From positions 1 through 62,571 of the forward strand of contig FR901052.1 of NCBI GenBank assembly GCA_000438295.1: 62,571 nucleotides of DNA, read 5' to 3'. The position numbers were made by a program, and so were the translations under genes. Source of the stretch: Clostridium sp. CAG:451 (GTDB taxonomy: Bacteria > Bacillota_I > Bacilli_A > RF39 > UBA660). Each line of letters opens with the position of its first letter. Within the stretch, counting starts at the first letter, position 1. The notes beneath the pieces are model-generated. The model was not told where the DNA came from, did no database searches, and worked only from the letters and a program-made list of their open reading frames with translations. Below are positions 48,626 to 58,089 of the stretch, one piece after another.

Positions 48626-49246
48626 GACAATAAGAATCAGCTGCATAATATAAACTTTTTTGTCTAATTGTTTCATTTCTATCAAGTTCTGCTACTAGTC
48701 CTTTATCTCTTTTAAATAAGTTTTTTTGTAAAAAATCATTAGAAACAACATGTAATATATATGTATCTACCATAGATAAATTATTATATGTTTCTTCGGA
48801 AGATTCATTTTTTAATTTTGTTAAAATTTCCGTTTTAGATAATGTATTTAATCTTTTAATTTCTTCATTAGCATAATTAAGTTCTTCCCTAGTTAATTAT
48901 CTTAACATTACATTTTTAATAGAGTTTCCCATATAATCATATACTTCCATATACTCATCTGGGCTACACTTTCCATTCTTATACTTTAGAAATAACTCCT
49001 CCATCTTTCTTCTTGGTAGAAAGTTAACTCTTTTAACTCATCAACTGATAAATCTCTTACATTTTTAGAATAAATATAATCTATTCTTTCTTTCATAAAG
49101 TAAGGAACATAAGATAACCATCTAATCCATTCAATAAGTGGATTAACACTTCCTATAACATTTCCTCTTATATTAATAGCTGTACCATTGTTAATCTTTG
49201 CCATTTCTTTAGCCATTATTCTTTTAAGATCACTCATTTTTCTCAT
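48615..49246 (-). pseudogene. Unknown gene downstream of the fic fragment, disrupted by a frameshift and an in-frame stop
   Basis: The 86-aa ORF (48986-49246) continues in another frame as ...EELFLKYKNGKCSPDEYMEVYDYMGNSIKNVMLR*LTREELNYANEEIKRL...YCHKK*. Confidence 0.55.
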
Positions 49247-49336
49247 TTTTTTCTAAATTAAAATCAAGCAGTTCATCACAAACTTTTTCATATATATCTT
49301 GTTCATTTTTAATAGTATCCATTAAAAACACTTTAT
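49190..49336. repeat. Direct repeat copy 1 (fic 3' end plus the 5' end of the downstream gene)
   Basis: About 90% identical to 49950-50096 by eye. Confidence 0.8.
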
Positions 49337-49353
49337 ATTTTTTAATATAAACA

Positions 49354-49746
49354 TTACATCAAGCCTCTTTTTATAAGCTCTGGTATAATGTGGTTTCCTA
49401 ATATACTACCCACTTTAATTCCTTCTTTCTTATAATCTCTATCAATCCATAACGCTTCTTTTATTTCATTATTACATTTTATTTTTCCTTTTATAGTGGC
49501 AATGTATGCTTGAACGTGTATAGGTTTATTTGAAAATACGGCAATATCATCATAACCACCAATAAATTCAGTACTAATTAGTTCTACACTTAGTTCTTCA
49601 TACAATTCCCTTTTTAATGTTTCAAAATCAGTTTCGTTATTTTCTCTTTTTCCACCAGGTATTATGCATTCAATTCTATTATTTCTCTTTCTTTGTACCA
49701 AAATCTTTTTATCATTTAAAATAATACCTCCAACTTTGTCTATCAT
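49354..49746 (-). CDS. NUDIX hydrolase
   Basis: Nudix box GGKRENNETDFETLKRELYEELSV. Confidence 0.85.
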   Translation of the reverse strand: MIDKVGGIILNDKKILVQRKRNNRIECIIPGGKRENNETDFETLKRELYEELSVELISTEFIGGYDDIAVFSNKPIHVQAYIATIKGKIKCNNEIKEALWIDRDYKKEGIKVGSILGNHIIPELIKRGLM

Positions 49747-49949
49747 AATTTTTCATATAATTAATCTTATAGAAATATTAATTAATTTCTATTATTGATT
49801 AAAACCTTTCCTTTCTATTTATTTTTTTAATTATTATACATTCATAATATTTTCATTCTAGTTCCCCTGTTTATATATTAGAATGTCATATTCTTTTGAT
49901 ATTCAACTTTTTATAAAAGAAAAGTTATATTTTAATATGGTTGTGTGCA

Positions 49950-50096
49950 ACTAATTTTTGTTATTTCTTTAACCATTATTCTTTTAAGACTACTCATTTT
50001 TCTCATTCTTTTCTAAATTAAAGTCAAGTAGTTCATTACAAACTTTTTCATATATATCTTGTTCATTTTTAATAGTATTAATTAAAAACATTTTAT
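49950..50096. repeat. Direct repeat copy 2
   Basis: See copy 1. Here the downstream gene is cut off after about 24 codons (MRKMSSLKRIMVKEITKISCTQPY*). Confidence 0.8.
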
Positions 50097-50704
50097 CATT
50101 TTTATATTCTTTTAATCCTCGCATATAAAACGGTTTATCTTTATCCAAAATAATAAAAGGCATATATTATTCTTCAGACACTCTTTAAACATAATCATTC
50201 TACCAACACGACCATTTACATCACCGAAAGGATGAATTCTTTCAAATCTAACATGAAACTCTATAATATCTTCTAATGATACGTTAGAAAGAGAATTATA
50301 CCAATCTAACAAAATAGTCATATCACTTTCTACCTCTTTTGGAGAAGATGTATCTATTACATTAATTAATCCCATTTTATTAGGTACTATTTTAAAGCCA
50401 CCCACATTATATCTAGGATTATCTTCATCAGAAGTACCTCTTTTTAAAATTTTATTCATCTCTATTATATTACTTTTAGAAAGCTTAGCATCAATATTAT
50501 CAAGCATGTAATCAAACAGTCTAAAGTGATTCTTCATCTCTATTAAATCATCTAGTTTAATAGCATCATCTGTTCAGTTAACTTTCCCCCTTCTATTTTA
50601 TTTGAATTATAAGCGAAAACAACTTCTGAAAAGTGATAAATGTTACCCTTAAATTTAGAATTTTTTTGTTCTATTAATTCTCTTTTTAATTTAATTAAGT
50701 CCAT
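49990..50704 (-). pseudogene. Fic/DOC family protein gene with at least two frameshifts
   Basis: The Fic motif HPFGDVNGRVGR lies in the central 141-aa ORF. The N-terminal piece (MDLIKLKREL...YNSNKIEGGKLTE) and the C-terminal piece (...PFIILDKDKPFYMRGLKEY...EKNEKNE*) are in other frames. Confidence 0.75.
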
Positions 50705-50775
50705 ATTAAATCACCTTATCCATAATAAAATTATATAATAAAAGCTGAGTCAAAACACTCAGCTATAATCTTCAT

Positions 50776-50852
50776 TGGTAGCGAGAGGGGGAGTCGAACC
50801 CTCGACCTTTCGGGTATGAACCGAGCGCTCTAGCCAACTGAGCTACCTCGCC
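50776..50852 (-). tRNA. tRNA-Met (CAU), elongator-like
   Basis: GGCGAGGUAGCUCAGUUGGCUAGAGC...GGUUCAUACCCG... resembles B. subtilis elongator tRNA-Met. It has G-U pairs at both ends of the acceptor stem and one mismatch in each of the anticodon and T stems. Ile2 (lysidine) identity cannot be excluded. Confidence 0.75.
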
Positions 50853-50916
50853 AAATCAAGAACAATTTAATATTATCATAGTTTTAAACGTTTGACAACC
50901 TTTTTTTTGATAAATT

Positions 50917-51591
50917 TTAACTATATGATAAAATCTTGATTTTTTCTTCACTAAGTTTATAACTATCATCAAGTGATTTATGAATATCTATTAACTCTTT
51001 CCTTCTTGAATCTAACAAAGTAGTAACATTATCTAAATCCATAAATAATTCTTTAAAAGGATTAGTATCTAAATAATCTTTATATTTACTTGTTAATTCC
51101 TTTTTCATCCTAGAAATAGTATCAAAATTAGTATCTATTTTCTTAATAAAAGAATCAATATCATCTATTCCTTTTAGTATCTCTTTCTGGAAGTCTTCAC
51201 AGATAGATTGATAATCAGTATTATCACTATAAGTATTTTCTAATACTTTAGATATTAAATAACTCTCTACTAAGATAAAAGATAAAGAAGCTTTCTTAGG
51301 AGTCTTTCTATATAGTTCCATTGCTAACATTAGATAAAATAGTTTCTTAGCTGTATTATTTTTCTTCTTAGAACTATTTACTTTGTCTAGCTTATCTTTC
51401 ATTTCTTTACTAAAAGAATTAAATGAATCAGTTTCCCTTTTTATCTCATCATTTAATTGATAGAAAAGTTTTACTTCTTTTTCCTTTTCATCTTTAGTAT
51501 CATCTACTTCTTTTAATTCTTCTTCCTTTTCTTCTAATCTCTTAATAATATCAGAAGATAAATCTAAAGTATCTATAGCTTTCTTTTCCAT
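50917..51591 (-). CDS. Hypothetical protein (charged/coiled-coil with a central hydrophobic segment)
   Basis: 224-aa ORF with no recognised motif. Confidence 0.5.
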   Translation of the reverse strand: MEKKAIDTLDLSSDIIKRLEEKEEELKEVDDTKDEKEKEVKLFYQLNDEIKRETDSFNSFSKEMKDKLDKVNSSKKKNNTAKKLFYLMLAMELYRKTPKKASLSFILVESYLISKVLENTYSDNTDYQSICEDFQKEILKGIDDIDSFIKKIDTNFDTISRMKKELTSKYKDYLDTNPFKELFMDLDNVTTLLDSRRKELIDIHKSLDDSYKLSEEKIKILSYS

Positions 51592-51628
51592 ATTTAATCA
51601 CAACCATATTTGCTATTATACTTATATT

Positions 51629-52399
51629 TTAGATAAATAGCAACCACTTTACAAAAAGATACAGCTTAGTAAACATAAATTGATCATATGGTAAAGATAT
51701 AATATGTTTAAGATGTTTCTTAGTAATTTCCTTACTTATCTTCTTAGCAAAACTAGTTAAGTCTTTCTTCTCTAATAAATTAAAAAGTATATGTTGATAC
51801 TTTGTCATCTTTAAAGCTTTATCTTTATAAATAAAACTAGACTTATCCTTATTATCAATCATCACTTGATTAAATCCTGTATAATAAGCTCCTGGTAAGA
51901 TAGTAGATACTTCTATATCAAGTCCTTGATAAAGACACTCTAATCTTAAAGTATTTGCTAAATGATAAAGACTAAGTTTAGTATAAGTATAACTATATAG
52001 ATAAGGAAGTGGTAGAAAACCAGCAAGTGAAGAAGTTAGTACTATTCTCCCCTTTTTTCTATTTTTTAAATACTTCTTAATTAGATTAACATTTCCTAAG
52101 ATATTAACATTAAAAGTATCAGTTAGATAATTGTTATTTACTTCTAGAATACTACCACCTTTTCCAAGAGAAGCATTTAAATAAAGAATATCAATATCAT
52201 TTGGAATAGTGTAATTATCATTAGTAAGATCAAGTACTAAAGGAAACATTATAAGCTTTTCCCTCTTTAACTTATCATTGATATATCCTTCTTCTTCCTT
52301 AGTCCTAACCCCAAGATAAATAATATGTCCTTTAAGAGCTAGTTCTTTAGCTACACTGTATCCAAGTCCTGATATACCACCTGTAATTAATATTTTCAC
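51629..52399 (-). CDS. Short-chain dehydrogenase/reductase
   Basis: ITGGISGLG (TGxxxGxG) and YTYTK (YxxxK). Confidence 0.85.
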   Translation of the reverse strand: MKILITGGISGLGYSVAKELALKGHIIYLGVRTKEEEGYINDKLKREKLIMFPLVLDLTNDNYTIPNDIDILYLNASLGKGGSILEVNNNYLTDTFNVNILGNVNLIKKYLKNRKKGRIVLTSSLAGFLPLPYLYSYTYTKLSLYHLANTLRLECLYQGLDIEVSTILPGAYYTGFNQVMIDNKDKSSFIYKDKALKMTKYQHILFNLLEKKDLTSFAKKISKEITKKHLKHIISLPYDQFMFTKLYLFVKWLLFI

Positions 52400-52437
52400 C
52401 TTTTATCACCCAGTAATAAGTATAACCAAAAAGACTC

Positions 52438-53712
52438 CTATTTATTAGAAGTCTTAAATATATGAAAGGAAACACCTTTCTTTTCGTTTTTAATTGTAAT
52501 GTCATAATCCATAAGTAGTAATGTCTTTTTAACTATGGATAGACCTAGTCCAAACTCACCTTTAATACCTTTTCGGAACGGAGTAAAGATTCCATCAAGG
52601 AGTGAGGAGTCAATATTTGGACCATCATTATATAATGTTAAACGATTATTCTTGGCAGTTATCTTAATCGTTTTATCAGCATACCGTAAAAAGTTCGCTA
52701 AGAGGTTATCAATTATTGTTTCAAAGTATTCTTCTGTTCCATAGAATTTACTATTTTTATCAAAAGAAACAATAAACTTAACATCGCGTCTTCTAAATTT
52801 GAATTCACGAATTGCAGCAGCTACTATTTTTTCCATATCTACTACGGTATACTCTTTTTTCATATTATTTTTTAAATAGTCTAGTTTATTTAAATATAGA
52901 AGTGAATGTACTTTTAATTCTAGTTTTTCTGTTTGTTCACTAATAACAGTTAAAACAGTTGAAGCATCTTCCATATCATCATGATAGGCTTCTATATATG
53001 ACTTTATAACGGTGAGAGGTGTCTTAAAGTCATGTGATATATTTTGATACATTTGATTACGATATTCCTCTTGATCTTTTAGAGAAATTCGCATATCCTC
53101 TATTGCCATTTCTAAAGATTTAATTTCATCTTCTACTGCAAATGATAGGGAGTGGTCGTAAGTATCATCATCTATATGATCAATCTTTTGTTTTAACTTT
53201 TCTATTTTTTTAACAATGATACTACCCCACAATATTAGCAAAAAGGCAATTATTAAAAAGGTTATTAATACTACTGGTAGGATTGAGTTTAGTATATCTG
53301 TCTTTGTCTTTAATATATAACTATCGTTTGTAATAGCAATCTTAGTAACATTATCATTATGGAGTGTGTAATAATAATATACTTGATTGCGATAGACAAA
53401 TCTACCATAATCATCTTTTATATAGGATAAAATTTCTCCTACATTTTTGAATTTCATTAAGTCGTGTAAATTTTCACTATAAGCTGAGGTTTCCCCAAAC
53501 TTATAGATATAGGCAATTTCACTATCACCTAAGTTTTTATCAATATCAGACTGGATAAATTCTAACGGTTCTTTTAAATAATTATAAATATTTTTCTCAG
53601 TTATGGGTACTACAACTTGGGGTAAAATTATTCCTAACATTAAGAAGGTAATTGCAAATACCACGAGGATTAATAAGAATAACTGATGACTTAGTTTACC
53701 TGATATTTTCAT
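52438..53712 (-). CDS. Sensor histidine kinase
   Basis: Two TM segments, H-box SHDFKTPLT, and an HATPase_c region (...FGLGLSIVKK). Confidence 0.9.
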   Translation of the reverse strand: MKISGKLSHQLFLLILVVFAITFLMLGIILPQVVVPITEKNIYNYLKEPLEFIQSDIDKNLGDSEIAYIYKFGETSAYSENLHDLMKFKNVGEILSYIKDDYGRFVYRNQVYYYYTLHNDNVTKIAITNDSYILKTKTDILNSILPVVLITFLIIAFLLILWGSIIVKKIEKLKQKIDHIDDDTYDHSLSFAVEDEIKSLEMAIEDMRISLKDQEEYRNQMYQNISHDFKTPLTVIKSYIEAYHDDMEDASTVLTVISEQTEKLELKVHSLLYLNKLDYLKNNMKKEYTVVDMEKIVAAAIREFKFRRRDVKFIVSFDKNSKFYGTEEYFETIIDNLLANFLRYADKTIKITAKNNRLTLYNDGPNIDSSLLDGIFTPFRKGIKGEFGLGLSIVKKTLLLMDYDITIKNEKKGVSFHIFKTSNK

Positions 53713-54377
53713 AAGCTTAACCTATATCCGTAACCATAAACAGTTAATATATTTAAATCCTTACACTTTTTTCTTAACCTTCTTACTAGATCATCGACTG
53801 CTCTATCGCTTCCAAAGTAGTCATCGCCCCATACTGACTCTAGTATTTCTTCTCTTGAAAAACTTTTATTAATATTTTTTGAGAGTAAGACTAATAAATC
53901 AAATTCAAGAGTTGTTAATTTTATTTCTTTATCTTTCTTGCTTACAACTCTTCGGTCTAAGTCAACTTGATAAGAGGCTATTTCTAATATATGACTTTCC
54001 GTTTGTTTGTAAGCTCGTTTTATTAAGTTATTAACTCGTAAAACTAATTCTTTACTAGAATAAGGCTTTGTTATGTAATCATCGCTTCCTAACTCTAGGC
54101 CTAAAATTCGGTCCAAATCCTGATCTCTTGCCGATGTGAATAAAACCGGAACATCAGGATATTTTTCGCGAATTGCTTTGATTACATCATAACCATTGAC
54201 ATCATCTCCTAACATAATATCTAGTATCCAAGCATCTACTTTATTTCCTATATAATTAATAGCATCATTTCCTTTTTCAAAACAAATAACTTCATAACCT
54301 GCTTTTTCTAGATATAATTTAACAACCGTTTGTAAATCAACTTCATCTTCTACAAAACATATTTTATACATTTTCAA
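53709..54377 (-). CDS. OmpR-family response regulator
   Basis: Receiver domain (VEDE...ILDIMLGD) plus a winged-helix domain (LTTLEFDLLVLL...YGYGYRL). Confidence 0.92.
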   Translation of the reverse strand: MKMYKICFVEDEVDLQTVVKLYLEKAGYEVICFEKGNDAINYIGNKVDAWILDIMLGDDVNGYDVIKAIREKYPDVPVLFTSARDQDLDRILGLELGSDDYITKPYSSKELVLRVNNLIKRAYKQTESHILEIASYQVDLDRRVVSKKDKEIKLTTLEFDLLVLLSKNINKSFSREEILESVWGDDYFGSDRAVDDLVRRLRKKCKDLNILTVYGYGYRLSL

Positions 54378-54562
54378 ATCACCACCACTAGTATATCATA
54401 TTTGTTTCTCTATTTATCACCTTCTTTTTCTATATTTATTAAGATAAATTAAAGTATCAGATTTTATTCTAATTATTCATCTATCACTTCCTTTCATGAA
54501 TTAAGTATAGCTAATAAGTTTGGTAAAAATATCTAGAAATTATGGGAAATTATGGGACTTTT

Positions 54563-54592
54563 CTAATAATTTTATTTTTCTTGGTCATACTA
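54563..54592 (+). promoter_or_regulatory. Candidate forespore (sigma-G/F-type) promoter of the germinant receptor operon
   Basis: CTAATA, 17 nt, then CATACTA. The -10 matches the sigma-G consensus CATnnTA. About 20 nt upstream of the ATG. Confidence 0.4.
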
Positions 54593-54613
54593 CTTCTAGA
54601 GGTGAATAACTAA

Positions 54614-56020
54614 ATGTATGAAAAACTATATAATAAGTTAAAAGCTAATACTGATTTAGTAACTCATGAGTTTTATCTTAATAATAAAAAGATTAATCTA
54701 ATTCATAATGAAGTGTTATGTAGTAGTGACTTTATTAATCACTATATTCTAACTAAGATTACTAATTTATCTTATAGTGATGATGATATTATTACTTTCC
54801 TTTATAATAATCTACCTGATAATACGGTTAAGGTTTTAACTAAAGAAAGTGAGATGTTAGACTATATCTATAAAGGTTTCGCTCTTATTATTTATCAGGA
54901 TGAAGCTTTAGCCATTGAAGCAAAGGCAACACTTGATAGAGGAATTAATGAAGCTAGTAGTGAAATAACTATTAGAGGTAGTAAAGATTCTTTTAATGAA
55001 AACTTTAATACTAATATTGGTCTTATTAGAAGAAGATTAAGAACTGAAAACTGTTATGTTGAATCTTTGTTTATTGGTAAGGAATCAAGGTGTAAGACTG
55101 GCATTATCTATATGAAAAATATTGCTTCTTTAAATACCGTTAAAAAGGTAAAAGATATTCTTTCTAATATTAAGATAGATGGCATTATTGATAGCGGTAT
55201 GTTAAAAAGTTATTTAGAAGATGATAAGAACTTTCTTTTTCCTACTGTTTTAATGAGTGAGCGACCTGATAGAGTTAGTCAAGCTCTTCTTGAAGGAAAA
55301 GTTTGTATTGTAGTTGATAATTCCCCTTATGTTCTAATTACTCCTTCTTTCTTTGTTGATTTTTTACATACTCCAGATGATTATTACCAAAAAGCAATTA
55401 ACGTTAGTTTCATTAGAATTATTAGATTGCTTGCTTTTATTGTCTCTATTTTTACTCCTGCTTTATATATTGCCCTTACTACTCATAATCAAGAAGCACT
55501 TCCCCTACCGTTTTTACTTAACTTTATGGCTCAAAGAGAAAATGTACCCTTCTCAGCTTTAACAGAAGCTTTATTTATGAGTATTTCCTTTGAAATATTA
55601 AGAGAAAGTGATATTAGAAAACAATCATCTACTGGTAGTGCTGTTTCTATTCTTGGAGGATTAATATTAGGAGATGCTGCCGTATCAGCTGGTATTATCT
55701 CCCCTATTATGATTATAGTTATTTCAATATCAGCTATTTCTGGACTTGCTTTCTCATCTCAAGAGATGATTGCCTCCCTTCGTTGGCTTCGTTTCTTAAT
55801 GATGTTTCTAGCTATGTTCTTTGGTATCTTTGGTATCTATATAGGTTTCTTATTCTTACTTTCTTCACTTGTTACTACTAAAGCCTTAAATTATCCTTAC
55901 TTTGCTCCTTTCTCACCACTTGTTAAAGAAGAATTGGGAGACGCCATTATCAAACTTAGAAGTAGTAAAAGGCTAAAAAGAAATCCCCTCCTAACTAAAA
56001 ATAAGAAAAGAGGTAATTAA
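54614..56020 (+). CDS. Spore germination protein, GerA-type A subunit
   Basis: 468 aa. ...IRGSKDSFNENFNTNIGLIRRRL...SERPDRV... and C-terminal TM segments typical of GerAA/KA. Confidence 0.88.
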   Translation: MYEKLYNKLKANTDLVTHEFYLNNKKINLIHNEVLCSSDFINHYILTKITNLSYSDDDIITFLYNNLPDNTVKVLTKESEMLDYIYKGFALIIYQDEALAIEAKATLDRGINEASSEITIRGSKDSFNENFNTNIGLIRRRLRTENCYVESLFIGKESRCKTGIIYMKNIASLNTVKKVKDILSNIKIDGIIDSGMLKSYLEDDKNFLFPTVLMSERPDRVSQALLEGKVCIVVDNSPYVLITPSFFVDFLHTPDDYYQKAINVSFIRIIRLLAFIVSIFTPALYIALTTHNQEALPLPFLLNFMAQRENVPFSALTEALFMSISFEILRESDIRKQSSTGSAVSILGGLILGDAAVSAGIISPIMIIVISISAISGLAFSSQEMIASLRWLRFLMMFLAMFFGIFGIYIGFLFLLSSLVTTKALNYPYFAPFSPLVKEELGDAIIKLRSSKRLKRNPLLTKNKKRGN

Positions 56021-56950
56021 ATGAAAAAGATGATTATACCTATCTTAATACTATTACTACTTACTGGTTATACTCCTTATGTTGAAGTGAATGACTTGGT
56101 TATTGTAGATATGATAGGTCTTGAAAAAGTTAATAATAAGTATCTTTTAACTGTTAATACTATTAAGGAAGAAAAGACTGATAATGCTACTAAATCAATT
56201 TACCAAGTCTCTACTTTTGAAGGTAATAGTCTAGGAAGTATCTTTCTTAAAGCTAAAAAGATTAATAATAAGAAAGCTTACTATGGTCATTTAAAGTTAG
56301 TAGTATTTCAAAGTAAGTTATTAGATAAAGAGATAATTAATTACTTTCAAAAACAATTTACACAAATGAATTATTTAATAGTAGGCACTAATAGTGATAT
56401 TAAAAGTTTATTTAAAAAGTATGATAGTAGCAATAAAATAATTAAAGAAATAAATAAAAAAAGAATAGATGATGCTAATATCTATCTTAGTACTTTTGAA
56501 GATTATCTAAAGGATATTGTTAATAAAAAAAGAGAAAGTACTCTTCCTATTATTTCTTTAGATAAGGGTCTGACAACTACTGGATTAGAAGTTTACCAAA
56601 AGAATATTTTAATAGATGCTAAACAGGCAAAGATTAATTATCTTTTAAATAATAAGTTAACATCTTTTCATCAAGAAATAACTATTAATAATAATTCCTA
56701 TGAAGTAGAATTTAATAATGTTAAGTCTATGTTAGTAAAAGATACTGTTACTATAGTAATGGATATATCTTCTAGTGATATTAATAATAGTAAGAAGTTA
56801 ATAAATGCTATTAAAAATTTATTTAAAAAAGAGATTAATGAATTTCTAGCATATCAGAAAGATAACAATATCAAGACAACTTTAATTAATCCTAATGAAA
56901 AAATTAATATTAAAATAAAGATAGGAGAAAACAATTATGATCAAGAATAA
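56021..56950 (+). CDS. Ger(x)C-type germination protein lacking the lipobox cysteine
   Basis: 309 aa. The signal-like N-terminus reads LILLLLTGY, where Ger(x)C proteins have L-x-G-C. This is followed by VEVNDLVIVDMIGLE, typical of the family. Confidence 0.7.
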   Translation: MKKMIIPILILLLLTGYTPYVEVNDLVIVDMIGLEKVNNKYLLTVNTIKEEKTDNATKSIYQVSTFEGNSLGSIFLKAKKINNKKAYYGHLKLVVFQSKLLDKEIINYFQKQFTQMNYLIVGTNSDIKSLFKKYDSSNKIIKEINKKRIDDANIYLSTFEDYLKDIVNKKRESTLPIISLDKGLTTTGLEVYQKNILIDAKQAKINYLLNNKLTSFHQEITINNNSYEVEFNNVKSMLVKDTVTIVMDISSSDINNSKKLINAIKNLFKKEINEFLAYQKDNNIKTTLINPNEKINIKIKIGENNYDQE

Positions 56951-57785
56951 AAATAATCAGTTATATATCTTTAGTCTAGCTTTCTTCTTTACTCACTTTT
57001 TCTTTCTCTTATATGGACATAATATAATAAGGATAAGTGGTAATGATACTTTAATTGCTTGTTTACTAGGAATTATTATTGATGTATTTTTATTTACTAT
57101 TACTAAAAATATTATCTATAAAAAGATTAATCCTAGTTATTTATTAATACCAGTTATTATTATCTTTACTATTATTCTTTTAAAAGATACAGCTATCTTT
57201 ATTAATAGAAACTTCTTAAGAGAATGTAATATTTTCTATTTAATTATTTTACTTATCTTAACATCTCTACTAATTTCTAAAAGAGAATTAGATCAAATAG
57301 CTCATCTTGCCTTCATCTCTTTAATAATCTTTATTATTTTATTTGTAATTCAAATATCAGGTGCTACTCACTCCCTTGATATAGCTTATTTATCTAGTAG
57401 TTTTAATTCTACTAGTATTATTAAAGGAGCCTTACTATTTAGTAGTTATACTTATCTACCTTTTCTTTTATTTAGTATCTTTGCTACTGATAAAACTAAA
57501 AAAATGAGAAAAGCTTATCTCTTAGGATTTCTCTTCTCATTATTAATTATTATCTTAGAATATTTCCTAATAGCCCTACTACCATCATTACTACTTAGTA
57601 AATACTATGACTATCCTTATATGTTAGTAATGAATAAAATATCGTCATTCCTAATCTTTAATAGATTCTATGCTATTTTTAATATATTTCTAATTCTTGA
57701 CCAAACAATTGTCTTAGCTTGTCTATTTTCTTTTCTAAAAGGTTTTATAGTAAGAGTAAAATCTTCTATTAGAATATCAAATTAA
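56937..57785 (+). CDS. GerAB-type spore germination permease (short, 282 aa)
   Basis: Multi-TM protein in the third position of the operon. Shorter than the typical ~360 aa (from memory). Confidence 0.55.
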   Translation: MIKNKNNQLYIFSLAFFFTHFFFLLYGHNIIRISGNDTLIACLLGIIIDVFLFTITKNIIYKKINPSYLLIPVIIIFTIILLKDTAIFINRNFLRECNIFYLIILLILTSLLISKRELDQIAHLAFISLIIFIILFVIQISGATHSLDIAYLSSSFNSTSIIKGALLFSSYTYLPFLLFSIFATDKTKKMRKAYLLGFLFSLLIIILEYFLIALLPSLLLSKYYDYPYMLVMNKISSFLIFNRFYAIFNIFLILDQTIVLACLFSFLKGFIVRVKSSIRISN

Positions 57786-57804
57786 TATAAATTCCGTGCA
57801 AAAT

Positions 57805-57847
57805 GTACATATTCACTAGTATTTTTCGTACAATATGTACGTTTTTT
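57805..57847 (+). terminator. Terminator after the germinant receptor operon
   Basis: GTACATATT-N18-AATATGTAC followed by GTTTTTT. Confidence 0.55.
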
Positions 57848-57953
57848 CAAAAAAAGGAAGAAAGATTAAAATCTTCCTCCACCTCCACCGATTGATCCAC
57901 CAGAGAATCCATCACCTGAAGATGAGCTTGAGGCTGCTATTGAACTTCTTGAT
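57842..57953. repeat. Duplicate (B') of the 3' end of the DUF2207 gene plus its terminator
   Basis: Matches 59536-59671 except for a 24-nt in-frame deletion in the Gly-rich tail. The 67 nt up to the junction are identical. Confidence 0.85.
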
Positions 57954-57954
57954 T

Positions 57955-58076
57955 ATGTTAGTAATGAATAAAATATCATCATTTTTAATCTTTAATAGAT
58001 TCTATGCTATATTTAATATATTTTTAATTATTGATCAAACTATTGGCTTAGCTTGTCTATTTTCTTTTCTAAAAGG
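57955..58076. repeat. Duplicate (A') of the 3' end of the gerXB gene
   Basis: About 90% identical to 57621-57742. It begins abruptly at the junction with B'. Confidence 0.85.
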
Positions 58077-58089
58077 ATACATGAAAAGG

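Noticed and set aside
52535-52744. 69-aa plus-strand ORF inside the histidine kinase gene
   Set aside because: Antisense shadow ORF.
55353-55562. 69-aa same-strand alternative-frame ORF inside gerXA
   Set aside because: It is embedded out of frame in a well-supported CDS, and its Leu-rich translation comes from the TM-coding region.
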